Shown piece after piece: positions 25,185 to 38,718 of a DNA stretch of 64,000 nucleotides. The stretch comes from Octopus sinensis. Its lineage: Eukaryota. A program made the position numbers and the translations under genes. Under the pieces are notes generated by a model, which was not told where the DNA came from, did no database searches, and worked only from the letters and a program-made list of their open reading frames with translations. The stretch spans positions 8,556,001-8,620,000 of the forward strand of contig NC_043002.1 of NCBI RefSeq assembly GCF_006345805.1, in the 5' to 3' direction. Every line of letters starts with the position of its first letter. Positions within the stretch are counted from its first letter, which is position 1.

Positions 25185-25500
25185 TAGAGGAGAATTAGTA
25201 AGGTGCTTGAAACAAAAATTAAATAGAGGCAATATCATTAAAGCCATAAATACAGGTGTTATGCCTGTGTTGAGATACTCTGCTCCCTGTCTGAAATAAA
25301 CAACGGCCAAATTACAAAACTTGGAATGAAGAACTAGAAAACTGCTTATAATGCACTTCACCCTAAAAGCAATACCAAGAAAGGAAGGCAGCAGAGGATG
25401 GCTAAACACAGAAGGCACTGCTAATACATATAGTAAGCACAATTTCAAAAGAAATGTTTGCATCGACTTTAACAACAGATGAGGAATATATACATATACG

Positions 25501-25560
<60 letters not shown>

Positions 25561-27193
25561 GATAGATAGATAGATAGATATCATGTATGCTGGAATCCAC
25601 AAAGTTTGTAATCATTTTCAAATAGTAATTTATCAAATGATTTTTTCGGAACTGGTTTTATTTATTCTTGGTGTACGTAGGGTAAAAAAAGGATATTATT
25701 GATAGCCAAAAAGTGACTGAAATAGCAGAATTCAAAGGAAGAAGAACAAAACAAACAAATGACAAGAAATGGAACTATATAGCCTATGGCAGGAAAGAAA
25801 CCGAGAATGTTGGAAGTAAAGATCACTGGCTCTGGTTGACAACTTGAAGAAATAAAAGATGGAAGTGCTACCGATGTCTGTTCAGGAAGAAGCCCTAAGG
25901 ACAAATCTGATAAAAGCTAAGATCAACAAAACTGTTGGAAAGCAAAAGTAGAATCGGCAGGAAAGGAGACAAAAATATCAATCATCTTCAGAGGAGCAAG
26001 CACAGTAAACTAGTACAAAAGGTGTACAAACATAGATACATGTGTGTAAACCAAAGGAGTGTACTGGAATGTTGGTTGATTGTGTGGCTTCGAAACAAGA
26101 GAGAAGTGGCATGTACCAGAGGTTGTGATATAAAATGAGAATTACAAGATCTTGTGGGATTTCCTCATAAAGATTGATCATACTATTTAAGCAAGAAGAC
26201 CAGGAGTGGCTGTGTGGTAAGTAGCTTGATTACCAACCACATGGTTCCGGGTTCAGTGGCATCTTGGGCAAGTGTCTTCTGCAATAGCCCTGGGCCGACC
26301 AATGCCTTGTGAGTGGATTTGGTAGACGGAAACTGAAAGAAGCATGTCGTATATATGTATATATATATATATTTCTTTACTACCCACAAGGGGCTAAACA
26401 CAGAGGGTACAAACAAGGACAGACAAAAACGGATTAAGTCGATTATATCGACCCCAGTGCATAACTGGTACTTATTTAATCGACCCCGAAAGGATGAAAG
26501 GCAAAGTCGACCTCGGCGGAATTTGAACTCAGAACGTAACGGCAGACGAAATACGACTACGCACTTCGCCCGGCGTATGTGTGTTTGTGTGTCTGTGTTT
26601 GTCCCCCTAGCATTGCTTGACAACCGATGCTGATATGTTTACGTCCCCCGTCACTTAGCAGTTCGGCAAAAGAGACCGATAGATTAAGTACTGGGCTTAC
26701 AAAGAATAAGTCCCGGGGTTGATTTGCTCGACTAAAGGTGGTGCTCCAGCATGGCCGCAGTCAAATGACTGAAACAAGTAAAAGAGTAAAGAGTAAGACC
26801 AGATATGATCATAGAAGACAAATAAGCAAATAGTGTAAGACCATTGATCTTGCAATTCCTTATGATACAGTCAATACCAAAGAAACTGAAAAAAAATTAA
26901 GAAATATCAGGATCTAGCCAGAGAGCCAAGGAGACAACGGAAGACTGAAACGATCATTCCTGTAGCAATTGGTGCATTTGGCACAGCACCCAAAACGATA
27001 ACTAAAATACTAAAAGAGATTGGAATTAGAACTTGCACTGTCGACTGGCAGAAAAGCACCATGCTACATTCAGCAAAAATCGTAAGGTAGATTCTTGAGA
27101 TTTGAACAGACTTGTCAACAGACATCAAAAGAAAATACCTACTAAGTTAGCAGGCACTAGCATAATGATTATGATGATGATGATGATGATGAT
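25185..27193 (+). pseudogene. R4/Dong-type (RLE) LINE 3' half, decayed, with nested SINEs
   Basis: Remnants KLNRGNIIKAINT..PVLRYS, QEEALRTNLIKAKI, KILWDF, IDLAIPYD and IGAFGT; SINE A (26201-26795) contains SINE B (26370-26575). Confidence 0.75.
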
Positions 27194-27487
27194 AACAGCA
27201 TGAAATTGTGACAGCAAACTGCAGGGAAGATAGCTCAAATCTGAAACTATCACAAAGCGGAAATTTAGAATCCGCAAAAAACAATGAAAGAAAACTTATG
27301 TCTAAATGTAAGCCATCTCAGGAAACTGAAAGATTTTCCTTATAATAGAGTATATATATACAAAAAATAGCTTTTCCCAGATGAACTGTTATAGTAATAT
27401 GTGTGTAAAAATGTAAACACATTTCTATACAAAAACTGCAAACCTGTGAGTAAAATTTAAAATTTCATATTTTAATTATTGTACATC

Positions 27488-27838
27488 CATCATCATCATA
27501 ATCATCATCATCATCATCATCATCGTTTAGCGTCCGTTTTCCATGCTAGCATAGGTTGGACGGTTCAACTGGGGTCTGGGAAGGTAAAAGGCTGCACCAG
27601 GCCCAGTCTGATCTAGTAATGTTTCTACGGCTGGATGCCCTTCCTAACACCAACCACTCCATGAGTGTGGTGGGTGCTTTTTACGTGCTACCAGCACAGG
27701 TGCCAGATGAGGCTGGCAAACAGCCATGATTGGATGATGCTTTTTACGTACCACCGGCACGGAGGCCAGTTGGGGCAGCGCTGGCAACGGCCACATTCGG
27801 ATGGTTCTCTTATGTGCCACCAGCACTGGTATCACAGC
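27488..27838 (-). mobile_element. Retroposon family C
   Basis: Family C motifs and (CAT)n. Confidence 0.85.
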
Positions 27839-28099
27839 TTTTTATACAAAACCTATATATATATATGCATGTTGTTATTTCTTAGTCTCTCACTGATACA
27901 TCAACAATAATTATAATTATAACTAAAAAGAAACATTAACGCATGTCCATGGGTGGTGTTCAGTTAAAAAAGTAAATGCTGTAAAAACAGAACCCATGAT
28001 ATAACAAAACCACACAAAAGAGAAAAAACGGCGGACAAATAATCATAAATACTATGAAATAGGTGATTGATGATACATCAATAATAATTATAATTATGG

Positions 28100-28651
28100 T
28101 GAAATCAAATCAAATCAATCAAAATCAAATTCGATGACTGGCGTCCGTGTTAGCAGGATGCAAAGAGCACCATATGAGCATGATCATTGACAGAGCAGCT
28201 AACCGGCTTCCGTGCCAGTGGGACTTAAAGGGCACCAATCGAGCGTGACCGTTACCAGCGTTGCCGCCCGTGCTAGTAGGGTGCCAAGAGCACCATCCAA
28301 GCGTGATCGTTGCCAGAGCAGCCAACTGGCTTCCATGCCAGTGGCACATAAAGGGTACCATTCAAGCATGATCGTTACCAGCATTGCCTTACTGGCACCT
28401 GTGCTGGTGGCATGTGTAAAAGGATTCGAGCGAGGTCATTGCCAGTACCGCCTGAATGGCCCCTGTACCAGTGGCACGTAAAAAGCACCCACTACACTCT
28501 CAGAGTGGTTGGTGTTAGGAAGGGCATCCAGCTGTAGAAACTCTGCCAAATCAACATTTGGAGCCTGGTGCAGCCATCTGGTTCACCAGCCCTCAGTCAA
28601 AGTCGTCCAACCCATGCCAGCATGGAAAGCGGACGTTAAATGATGATGATG
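28100..28651 (+). mobile_element. Retroposon family C, long form
   Basis: Internal subrepeats and (GAT)n tail. Confidence 0.85.
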
Positions 28652-29064
28652 GTTATAACTACGAAAGAAACATCAACACATGGCCATAAGTGGTGTTCAG
28701 TTAAATGTTGAGAAAACAGAACCCATAACAAAACCAACCAAAAGAGAAAGAACAGCAAACTAACTAATAGTCATGTGCCCCAGCATGGCCACAGCTCGTG
28801 AGCTGAAACTAAATAAAATAAAAAGATAAAATACTATGAAATAGTTGATTTATGATTTACACACACTACTATGCAACTCCCCCCACAAACAACATACAAG
28901 AATAAACTCATACTGTAAATACCCAACAAAATGAACAAAACCCACATGTGCCATAGAAGGCCAATACCTGACAGAAAAACACAACCTGTGCTGCACAAAC
29001 GACACACAATACAAAAACTAACACAACAGAAAACTCAAACCAAACCCCATAACAAAACATACTT

Positions 29065-29219
29065 GAGTGGCTGTGTGGTAAGTAGCTTGCTTACCAACTA
29101 CATGGCTCCAGGTTCAGTCCCACTGTGTGACATCTTGGGCAAGTGTCTTCTACTATAGCCTCAGGCCGACCAAATCCTTGTGAGTAGATTTGGTAGACGG
29201 AAACTGAAAGAAGCCCGTC

Positions 29220-29293
<74 letters not shown>

Positions 29294-29497
29294 TCGTGTG
29301 TCTGTGTTTGTCCCCCCAACATCGCTTGACAACCAATGCTGGTGTGTTTACGTCCCCGTAACTTAGCGGTTCGGCAAAAGAGACCGATAGAATAAGTACT
29401 AGGCTTACAAAGAATAAGTTCTGGGGTCGATTTGCTCGACTAAAGACGGTGCTCCAGCATGGCCGCAGTCAAATGACTGAAACAAGTAAAAGAGTAA
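29065..29497 (+). mobile_element. SINE family A
   Basis: Matches family A. Confidence 0.9.
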
Positions 29498-29789
29498 ATA
29501 CAATATCTACCCCACCCCTAAAATATGCATCACACCCCACCCCACCAGCAACAAGTGATACAGTAGAAAGTTGCTTGAAATATTCCGATGTCCAAAAATA
29601 ATGGTGGTAATGATGATGGTGATGAACGTCATCTTACCTCAGTTTATGAAAGACAGGAGTTTTTGAAGGAACTTTGGTTGTAACAGTGAGAATGAAGCTG
29701 GATCATTGATGGGAAGGCCTCTCACTTGGCACTGGTTCAGTAAACATACAAACTGACCACAGCTGTTATACTAATACAGCATCAGTAGA

Positions 29790-32693
29790 TAATAGAGCAA
29801 GGAGGAGGAAGTGGACCCGTGAAGGAAAAAGGATAGAGATTCAGCACTACTTAGAAAGTGAACCTAAAAGAAGGGGCTATAGAAAACGAATGTTAACACT
29901 TTGGGTAGAGAAGGGTATGTTTAAAGGGACTGAGCAGGGATTAGTTGATCAAGCAAACAGTATTAGGGGAAGAAAGTGGATGACAGAATTGGAGGTGGAA
30001 GAGATCACAAGAGAATTGGAAAAGAAAGACCAAGCAGAAGGAAATAAATAATAATAGTGCTACCAATAAGGAAGGGACAACTGGGACCAGCAACTTAAGT
30101 GATTTAAGTGAGGAAGATCAGAAGATTTTAGATGAGCTGCAGGATGTAATGAGTCAAGAAGTAAGAAAAAGATTGCCAGCATTTAAAGGCACCAACAGAA
30201 GGAAGCTGCTAGAAATGACTAGGAAAGTGGATTCTGTTATCAGTAGGATAGATACTAAAAATATAGAAGACACTAACTTACTGATCTATGCAGGAGGGGT
30301 AGTAGTCACCAGAAGATTAGATATCTCACAGGGAAAGATTAAAAAAAGAGCAAATATGGAAAATGAGACTACAAAATAAAGTGAAGACAAGATCTGAGAA
30401 TAGAAGCCTGGAAACTGAACAAGTTAGGAAACACAAGATGCAAATCTTCCCTCAAGAAAAGATACTTAGTCAAAGAGAAAGGATTTGGGACAGTAATAGA
30501 AGAGTTGAACAGCATATCATAGCAATAGCAAGTGAGTTTTCCAGATATCAGAAAAGAATAGATCAGTGTCAACAGAATAGATTATTTATAACCAAATAAA
30601 TAGTGGAGAGGAAAGTACTGAAGATGAGAAACCTAATACAGAAGAAGTTAGAAAGTTCTGGAGTAATATTTAGGATAAGCCAGTCAGTCATAATGGAGAT
30701 GCAGAATGGTTAAAGAAAGTGAGAGAAGAAGTAGTGAGTGAGAAGCAGCCAGATCTAAGATTAACTAGTGCATTAATGGGTAAAGTGTTAGGAAAAAAAA
30801 CCAAATTAGAAAGGCCCAGAATCAGATATAGTTCAAGGATACTGGCTAAAGAAATTTAGTGGTTTACATGGGAGGTTGACGGAACAACTTCAGGATTGCC
30901 TTAATGGAGGAATATTACTAGATTGGATGACTTAAGCGAGGACAATACTCATTATGAAGGATAAGAGCAAGGGTAATACAGCTAGCAACTATAGACCAAT
31001 CACTTGCTTATCTTTAGCATGGAATTTGTCAACAGGTATGCTTTCAGAAAGCATTTACAAGTACTTTGACAACCAGAATTTACTGCCAGAAGAACAGAAA
31101 GGTAGCAGGAAGAAGGTAAGAGGAACGCATAATTTATCATATATAGACAAAGTAGTTCCAAAAGAAAAGAATCTATTACAGGAAAGCCTAACAATAGCAT
31201 GGATAGATTACAGGAAAGCCTACAACATAATCCTACGAGTATATTTAGTATAGCAGACAACATAAGAGAATTAATTAGCTGTAGCATGAAGAAATGGAAA
31301 GTAGATCTCTACTCAGGTGACACACTCTTAAGGAAAGTTAATATCAAAAGAAGAATTTTCCAGGGGGACTTGTTGTCTCCTTTAATATTTATCTTATGTT
31401 TGATCCCCCTCATTAAGGAAGGCAAATGCAGTTCAGAAATAGTAGGGGAAAAATTAACCATTTAATCTACATAGATGATCTGAGGCATTTTAGTAAGAAT
31501 GAAAAAGGGATGGATTCCTTACTACAGACTATAAGACTCTTCAGCAAAGATATAGGAATAGAATTTAGCTTAGATTAGTGTGAAATATTAGTCATTAGAA
31601 GGAGACAGGTAATCAACAGTGAAGGCATCCAATTACCAGATGACCCCACATTAAAATCATTGAAAGGAGGAGAGGGTTATAGGTATCTGGGAGTATTAGA
31701 ATCTGACAGGGAACTAACTATAGAAATGAAAATTGAGAAGGAGCACATCAGAAGGGTGAGGAAGTTAATGAAGTCAAAGCTAAATGGTCTGAAGTTAGTG
31801 AAGACTGTAAATGCTTGAACAGTATCATAACTTAGTCAGCAGCTTTTGTTGATTGGACAAAAATTGAATTAGCAAAGCTAGACAGAAGAACTTGGGAGGA
31901 ATTCAATATGACAATCTAGGGAGAGTAATCTACTGGGAGCTATGTAGAAATCTAGGATTTGAACATACTGATAAATGGTATGAACATGAACCTAGTAAAG
32001 AACTAGAAAGTAAGAAATATATATTTCTTTACTACCCACAAGGGGCTAAACACAGAGGGGACAAACAAGGACAGACAAACGGATTAAGTCGATTATATCG
32101 ATTCCAGTGCGTAACTGGTACTTATTTAATTGACCCCGAAAGGATGAAAGGCAAAGTCGACCTTGGTGGAATTTGAACTCAGAATGGAGCGGCAGACGAA
32201 ATACCGCTAAGTATTTCGCCCGACGTGCTAATGTTTCTGCTAGCTCGCCACCTTGTGGGACTTTAACATTTAGATTGATAAAGTAATAGAAGCTAGAAGG
32301 CTTTACCTGGTAGTAATAGGTAAAGAGGATAGAAAGTGCCAGATAACTGACTTTACAGTCCCAAATGATGAAAGAATTAATATGAGAGATATAGAAAAAA
32401 TAGCAAAGTACCAGGACCTAGCTATTGAATTACAGAGACGATGGAATGTGCAGGTAAAATGTATTCTAGTAGTTGTAGGTGTATTGGGAATTATCCCTAA
32501 AGATCTGAACAGATAGAGAGAGAAAATAAGCATAAAACTCAGTTTAGTACAGCTCCAGAAAACAGTGTTATTAGGGAGAGCTAGGATACTTAGGAAGGTT
32601 CTGGCATCTAAGGTTACTTGTTGTAACCTGATGTTAGGATTTTTTCTTTCCCAACAGTCTAATCTGTTGAGTGCATATGAAAATAATAATAAT
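29790..32693 (+). pseudogene. R4/Dong-clade non-LTR retrotransposon (RT plus restriction-like endonuclease), near full length, disrupted
   Basis: RRRKWTRE..RGYRKRM N-terminus; NYRPITCL, AWIDYRKAY, IFQGDLLSPL, IYIDDL; RLE region WDF..KIAKYQDLAIEL; (AAT)n tail; internal deletion near 31890; SINE B at 32021-32253. Confidence 0.88.
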
Positions 32694-33269
32694 AATGTTG
32701 ATGATGATAATGATGGGGCGGGGATGATAATAATAATGATAATTTAATAAAATAGAACAGCAAAATCTGTTTGAGTGTATCTTAGGATTAATAAGTAGAG
32801 ACCAATTCAAACAGAAAATTTGTGAACTGGAGCTTGCAAGAAGCTACAACTGAAATCTTGTTAGACAATGCCATCATCATTACCATCATCAACAACAAAT
32901 CTATTCCTATTACTACTACTATAACCAACACCACTACCACTACTAACAGGTGAGGGATATATTTGATTCATTCACCTGAAATAGGATAGTCTATTGAAGT
33001 GGACAATAATGATTTTCTGCTTACACAAGGTCTTTCTGTTTGAGACAGGAAGTGGAATTTATTGTAGATTTATCAGTTCCAATTCCTCAAATAATTGGTG
33101 AATGATGAAACCACAGACAGCAGCTGCAAGAAGCTTTGTAAGAGGAGTCAGTACAACACATTGACGTGGAGCAGAAGTTATTTCCTGTCAACTATATTAG
33201 AAATATCAATGATACATGCAGCAAATGAATGCTAAATAAACAGTATGCATACTAATTCAGATTTTGTCA

Positions 33270-33629
33270 TTAACCCTTTCGTTACCAACCCAGCTGAAAC
33301 CGGCTCTGGCTCTGAGTACAAACGTCTTGTTTTCATAAGTTTTGAATTAAAATCTTCCACCAAACCTTAGTCACAATTTATGTTCCTAACACCAGCTGAA
33401 TGATAACTAAGTTATTTTACTAAATTATTTATTATATTTAACCCTTTTGATACCAACCTGGCTGAAACCGGCTCTGGCTCTGAGTACAAATGTCTTGTTT
33501 CCATAAGATTTATGTTCCTAACACTAGCTGAATGATAACTAAGTTGTTTTACTAAATTCTTTGTTATATTTAAAGTAATTGAAAGAAACACAGAGCATCT
33601 CAAAATAAATACAGTAACACAAGGGTTAA
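33270..33629. mobile_element. piggyBac-type MITE, partial tandem of two copies
   Basis: TTAACCCTTT at 33270 and 33438; single AAGGGTTAA end. Confidence 0.8.
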
Positions 33630-33851
33630 TCAGAAATCTATGATAGGTGAGAATGATAGGGACAATAGTAATGAATGTTGATGCCTGACAACAATTTGTT
33701 GATTTACTTCTTTTATAAATTTATTCTGAAGAAGAAAGACAAGCTTAGATTGATGCAGTTGATGTACATGGTGAACTTAAAGTGGTGGCTAGCAAGATGC
33801 ATGTCCTAATGACACATTTCTTGATTTAATATATATGTATATTATTGTAAA

Positions 33852-34078
33852 AGGTGGCGAGCTGGCAGAACCGTTAGTATGCCGGGTGAAATGCATAGCC
33901 GTATTTCGTCTGCCGTTACGTTCTAAGTTCAAATTCCGCCAAGGTCGACTTTGCCTTTCATCCTTTCGGGGTCGATAAATTAAGAACCAGTTACGCAGTG
34001 GGGTCGATGTAATCGACTTAATTCATTTGTCCTTGTTTGCCCCCTCTATGTTTAGCCCCTTGTGGGTAGTAAAGAAAT
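33852..34078 (+). mobile_element. SINE family B
   Basis: Full-length match to family B. Confidence 0.9.
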
Positions 34079-34622
34079 ATATATATATGTATATTGTTGT
34101 AATCCAATGTTGGATTGTTATAATGTCCACTCCAGTATAGCAGTACAGTTAGTTAGACAAGACATAACTATCTATGGCTGACTACCCTGACTTCTTGACA
34201 TCACAGTATTTGTAATGACTAGAACATACCACTCGTCATGGAGGTGGAGTGGCATTATTATTATCCCCATAACATCTCACCTTTTAAGTTTTTCTTTTTT
34301 TCTTTTTTCATACAGTTACAAATTTAATATTTTTTTTTCGCTTGGTATCCACTTCCAGGAACTCTGTACATTTTCTTTTTCTTTCGCTTGTGCATCTGAG
34401 TTCAATTATTCATAGTGGCATTGGTACTTGAAAAGTATCATATAACCATTCCATTGGTTCTTCCATTCTTTTGGAATATGAGAAGGTACATGGCTCAGTG
34501 GTTAGAGTGTCGGGCTCACAATTATAAAGCAGTGAGTTTGATTCCTGAACTGGGGTGAGTGTTGTGTTCTTGAGCAAGACACTTTATTTCACAACTGTAG
34601 AAATGAATCAGAATGTCACTGG

Positions 34623-34677
34623 TGCCAAGTTGCCTTTCCCTTGGACAACATCAGTCCAAGGGAAAGGCAACTTGGCA
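34623..34677. repeat. Perfect 24-bp hairpin
   Basis: TGCCAAGTTGCCTTTCCCTTGGAC-AACATCA-GTCCAAGGGAAAGGCAACTTGGCA. Confidence 0.9.
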
Positions 34678-35009
34678 GTTTGTTGTGCTTGAAAAGCCAT
34701 GTGAAGCTAAGTAAAATTGTGGGTGACTAAACATACAAGCATGTCCTCTATGTCCCTCTCTCAGCTGAGAGGACCTGGTTTTGTGGGCTCATGGCTGCTG
34801 AGGCCATGTAAAAGCAACCCCATGCCAGTGTGAAATAAAAGTGTTTGTGTCAGTGCCGTGTAAAGTGCCGGCATCAGTGTTATGTAAAAGTACTCATGCC
34901 AGTGTCATGTTAAAAGCACCCAGTACCACTCTGTAAAGTGGTTGGCAATAGGAAGGGCATCCAGCCATAGAAACCATACGAAAACAGAGCCTGGCCATCT
35001 CCTGTCAAA

Positions 35010-35243
35010 CCTATTTCTTTACTACCCACAAGGGGCTAAACACAGAGGGGACAAACAAGGACAGACAAACAGATTAAGTCAATTATATCGACCCCAGTGC
35101 ATAACTGGTACTTATTTGATCGACCCTGAAAGGATGAAAGGCAAAGTCGACCTCAGCAGAATTTGAACTCAGAATGTAATGGCAGACGAAATACGGCTAC
35201 GCATTTCGGCCGGCGTGCTAACGTTTCTGCCAGCTTGCCGCCT
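35010..35243 (-). mobile_element. SINE family B inserted in a diverged family C copy
   Basis: Family B match; family C remnants on both sides (34800-35313). Confidence 0.85.
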
Positions 35244-36454
35244 TAAAAAAACCATCCAACTCATAGCAGGAAGAAACATAGCTGTATGATGATGATGATG
35301 ATGATGATGATGATTCTGAAAAGTATAAAACATAATTTGCAACCCAAGCTCATAAATAATGCAAAAAACTTATACAATTCAGCACGTGTGACACAGAGTT
35401 AGCGAATAAATATATCCAATGTACAGAGAGGAGATGTGATGACATTTCATGCTGACTGATAGGGAACCAAACACTTAAATAACTTCTGGTGCACTAAGTA
35501 ACTTATAATAATGTAAACAACCCAGCTATAAATACCCTGATTATGCTGATAAATCCACAGAGGTAGGTAAAGAAGCTCTGTAATATGATAATGACCCTAG
35601 TCCAGTAAGATCTGGTAATGGATGAAGTGTTATTTGTCGCTACTTCAAACCGTTATTGCTTTTGTCTGCTTCCTTTTGGAGGATAATCTAATTGAGAAGA
35701 CTTATGATCAAAGACATTCTCTTTGTAATTATCCCACAATTTTTAAGTATCTAATGTATCCTTTCCTTATATAAAGCAGTAGGCACTGATTGAGGAAGAT
35801 TTGACTGCTATTTTTAGTAGGTCGAATAACCACATAGAGACTTCCTCATGTACTTGACCACAAAAAATAATTTGAATATGTTTTTGTTTGTTCCTAAGCC
35901 AGCTCTGTTCAAACAAACCTATGGTCAATATTCCAGTCATGACCATCCCTGCTTTTTGTATATCTTGGATCACATTTTCTAACATTTCTCAAAATTTTGC
36001 TTGTGCAGTACTCTCTTTGATGACAGGTTAAATTAGCTGGCACCCTTCTTTACATTTTCCATACTGTAATCAAGGGTGAAGTCTAATTTCAATTCTCAAC
36101 CCCTCTGAAATGAATTTTAAGACCCCAAACTAGGAAACACTGATCTACCGAACCCTTTTAAAAAATGGTTGGGTGTGGGCTGAAAGAATTTTCTAGAAGA
36201 TTGAACAATCCCTTTAAAGGTCCCCTTAGTCTGTGTAGTCACAAGGCAGTTAAGGACAATGCTCTGAAGAAGAAAAAAATTAACAAAAATAGAAAAAGAT
36301 TGACGGAAATAAGAGAAAAACCAAGAATTTGGCTTGGAGTTAAATATAGTTTCAAGATTGGTATTGGGCAAAATAAACTAGAGAATAAGAGAAGAATTTT
36401 ACAAAGCAAACTAGAGGTCCACACATACAGAATCCCCTGGAGATAATGATATAA

Positions 36455-36711
36455 TAGATATGACGTCATATGACGCCGCCAGAAAATGTTACGGCAGAAA
36501 TTGTTTTCACCTCAATAGACGTCATTGATTGGTTGAAATTGCCGAAATGCAAGAAATTAAACAACAAATATGTTACAAACTACAGAATTTTCTCAAGAAA
36601 GCCAAGAGAAAAAGATGTTTTATAAACACATTCTACCAGTATACGAAATTTAAAATTTTTTAGTTACATAGAAATTATTTTAAAAATCTGCCAGTCAAAG
36701 TGAAAAGATCC
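36455..36711. mobile_element. Partial GGATCTTTT-TIR MITE
   Basis: Reverse complement of about 47918-48140; ends GAAAAGATCC; related piece at 40800-40910. Confidence 0.7.
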
Positions 36712-36873
36712 ACCCCTCCAAATTCTTTATTATATTCAAAACTAGTACATGGTTGTGGAAAATCCAAGGGTGATAAATATTCAGCTTTATATTTACTTAC
36801 AGCAAGCAATACTGAACAGGATTATTTGAATAAAACACATGCTCTTCTTTATCATTGAATAAATAATAATACA

Positions 36874-37275
36874 CGCGCAGGAGTGGCTGTGTGGTAAGTA
36901 GCTTGCTAACCAACCACATGGTTCCGGGTTCAGTACCACTGTGTGGCACCTTGGGCAAGTGTCTTCTGCTATAGCCCCGGGCCGATCAATGCCTTGTGAG
37001 TGGATTTGGTAGACAGAAACTGAAAGAAGCCTGTCGTATATATGTATATATATATGTGTGTGTGTGTGTGTATGTCTGTGTTTGTCCCCCTAGCATTGCT
37101 TGACAACCGATGCTGGTGTGTTTACGTCCCCGTCACTTAACAGTTCGGCAAAAGAGACCGATAGAATAAGTACTGGGCTTAAAAAGAATAAATCCCGGGG
37201 TCGATTTGCTCGACTAAAAGGCAGTGCTCCAGCATGGCCGCAGTCAAATGACTGAAACAAGTAAAAGAATAAAAG
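36874..37275 (+). mobile_element. SINE family A
   Basis: Full-length match to family A. Confidence 0.9.
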
Positions 37276-37427
37276 AGAAGAATAAACACACACACACACA
37301 ATAGTGGTGAATAGTGACAACACTACATTAGTGGATAAATACTTCATTGGTGGATTTTCTGCATTACCAAAGAAATGTTTTATAATTTTGAAATGCTCCA
37401 CGTAATAATGGATGTTAACACCATCTA

Positions 37428-38718
37428 CGAGGGGCGTTCAATAAGTAATGCCCCTGACCCACTTCCCATAGCAGTAGAGCAACGAAACTTGGCACAGTTA
37501 TTAGTCTTTTTCTACGTAGGAACCACCCAGAGTTACGCATTTCTCCCATCGTTTGATGCAGCTCTGAAGACCGTTTTTGTAGAAGACCCCAGCTTGGTCC
37601 TCCAACCACAACGTGACTTCAGAAATCAAGGCTGCATCATCTGGGAAACGCTTTCCTTTCAAAAACAACTTCATGGCTGGGAAGAGGTGAAAATCAGAGG
37701 GTGCAGGTCAGGAGAGTAGGGAGAATGGGGGATGAGCTCATAGCCGCACGCCTGTGCTTCTGATCTGGCGACACACGAGTTGTGGATCGGAGCGTTGTCC
37801 TGCAGGAGGAGGATGCCTTTGCTGATCTTGCCCCGCCTCTTGATTTTGATAGCTTCTCTTAATTTCCTCAAAAGTGAAGCATAATAGACTCCTGTAATTG
37901 TGGCACCCTTTGCCAAGAAATCTGTCATCACTACTCCGTCCTGGTCCCAGAAGACTGTGAGCATGACCTTGCCAGCGGAGGGCTGCACCCTTGCCTTCTT
38001 TGGAGGAGGTGAGTCACGGTGCTTCCACTGCATTGACTGGGCTTTGGTCTCTGGATCATAGTGATGGACCCAGGTTTCATCCTGTGTAATCAGACTTTTG
38101 AAAAATTTTGACTCATCTTCTTGGCACATCTTCAAATTCATCCTCGCGCAATCGACGCGTTCTTGCTTCTGGAAAGGTGTGAGCAGCCTGGGAATCCATC
38201 TGGCAGACACCTTTTGCATATGCAAATGGTCATGAATGATAGTTTCCACAGACCCGGTACTAATCTTGACCTCATGGGCTATTTGGCGAATAGTTATGCG
38301 TCAATCTTCCAAAATGGCAGCCTCAACTTGACGGACAGATGCCTCATCAATGACAGAAGGGAGCGACCAGATCTGGGAGCTGTTTCCACAAAGTTCCGAC
38401 CATGTTTGAATTCACGATGCCAGCGTTTTACAAGGTCATATGATGGGGCATCATCACCATAAGTTACTTTTATTTCATCAAAAGTCTCCCATGGTGTGCG
38501 TCCTTTCAAATACAAAAACCGCATCACTGCTCGACACTCAACAGGCTCCGTTTCACACTTGACTCAGTTCAAACACCTGTAAATCAGAAACCACAATTAG
38601 TTCAGAGCTGTAATTTGCCACTTAATCTATAGAGATATAAATAATTGCACATGCAAAATTTCAGCTAGATCAAACAACTGCAAGTGGGTCAGAGGCATTA
38701 CTTATTGAACGCCCCTCG
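37428..38718 (-). mobile_element. Full-length mariner transposon, about 1.29 kb
   Basis: TA TSD on both sides; TIR CGAGGGGCGTTCAATAAGTAATGCC(C/T)CTGACCC at both ends. Confidence 0.96.
37501..38551 (-). pseudogene. Mariner DD34D transposase pseudogene
   Basis: ARWIPRLL, ITQDETWVHHY, KVMLTVFWD, LLQDNA and PYSPDL motifs; split over ORFs 38294-38527 and 37671-38249 by frameshifts; probable start codon mutated to ACG. Confidence 0.93.
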
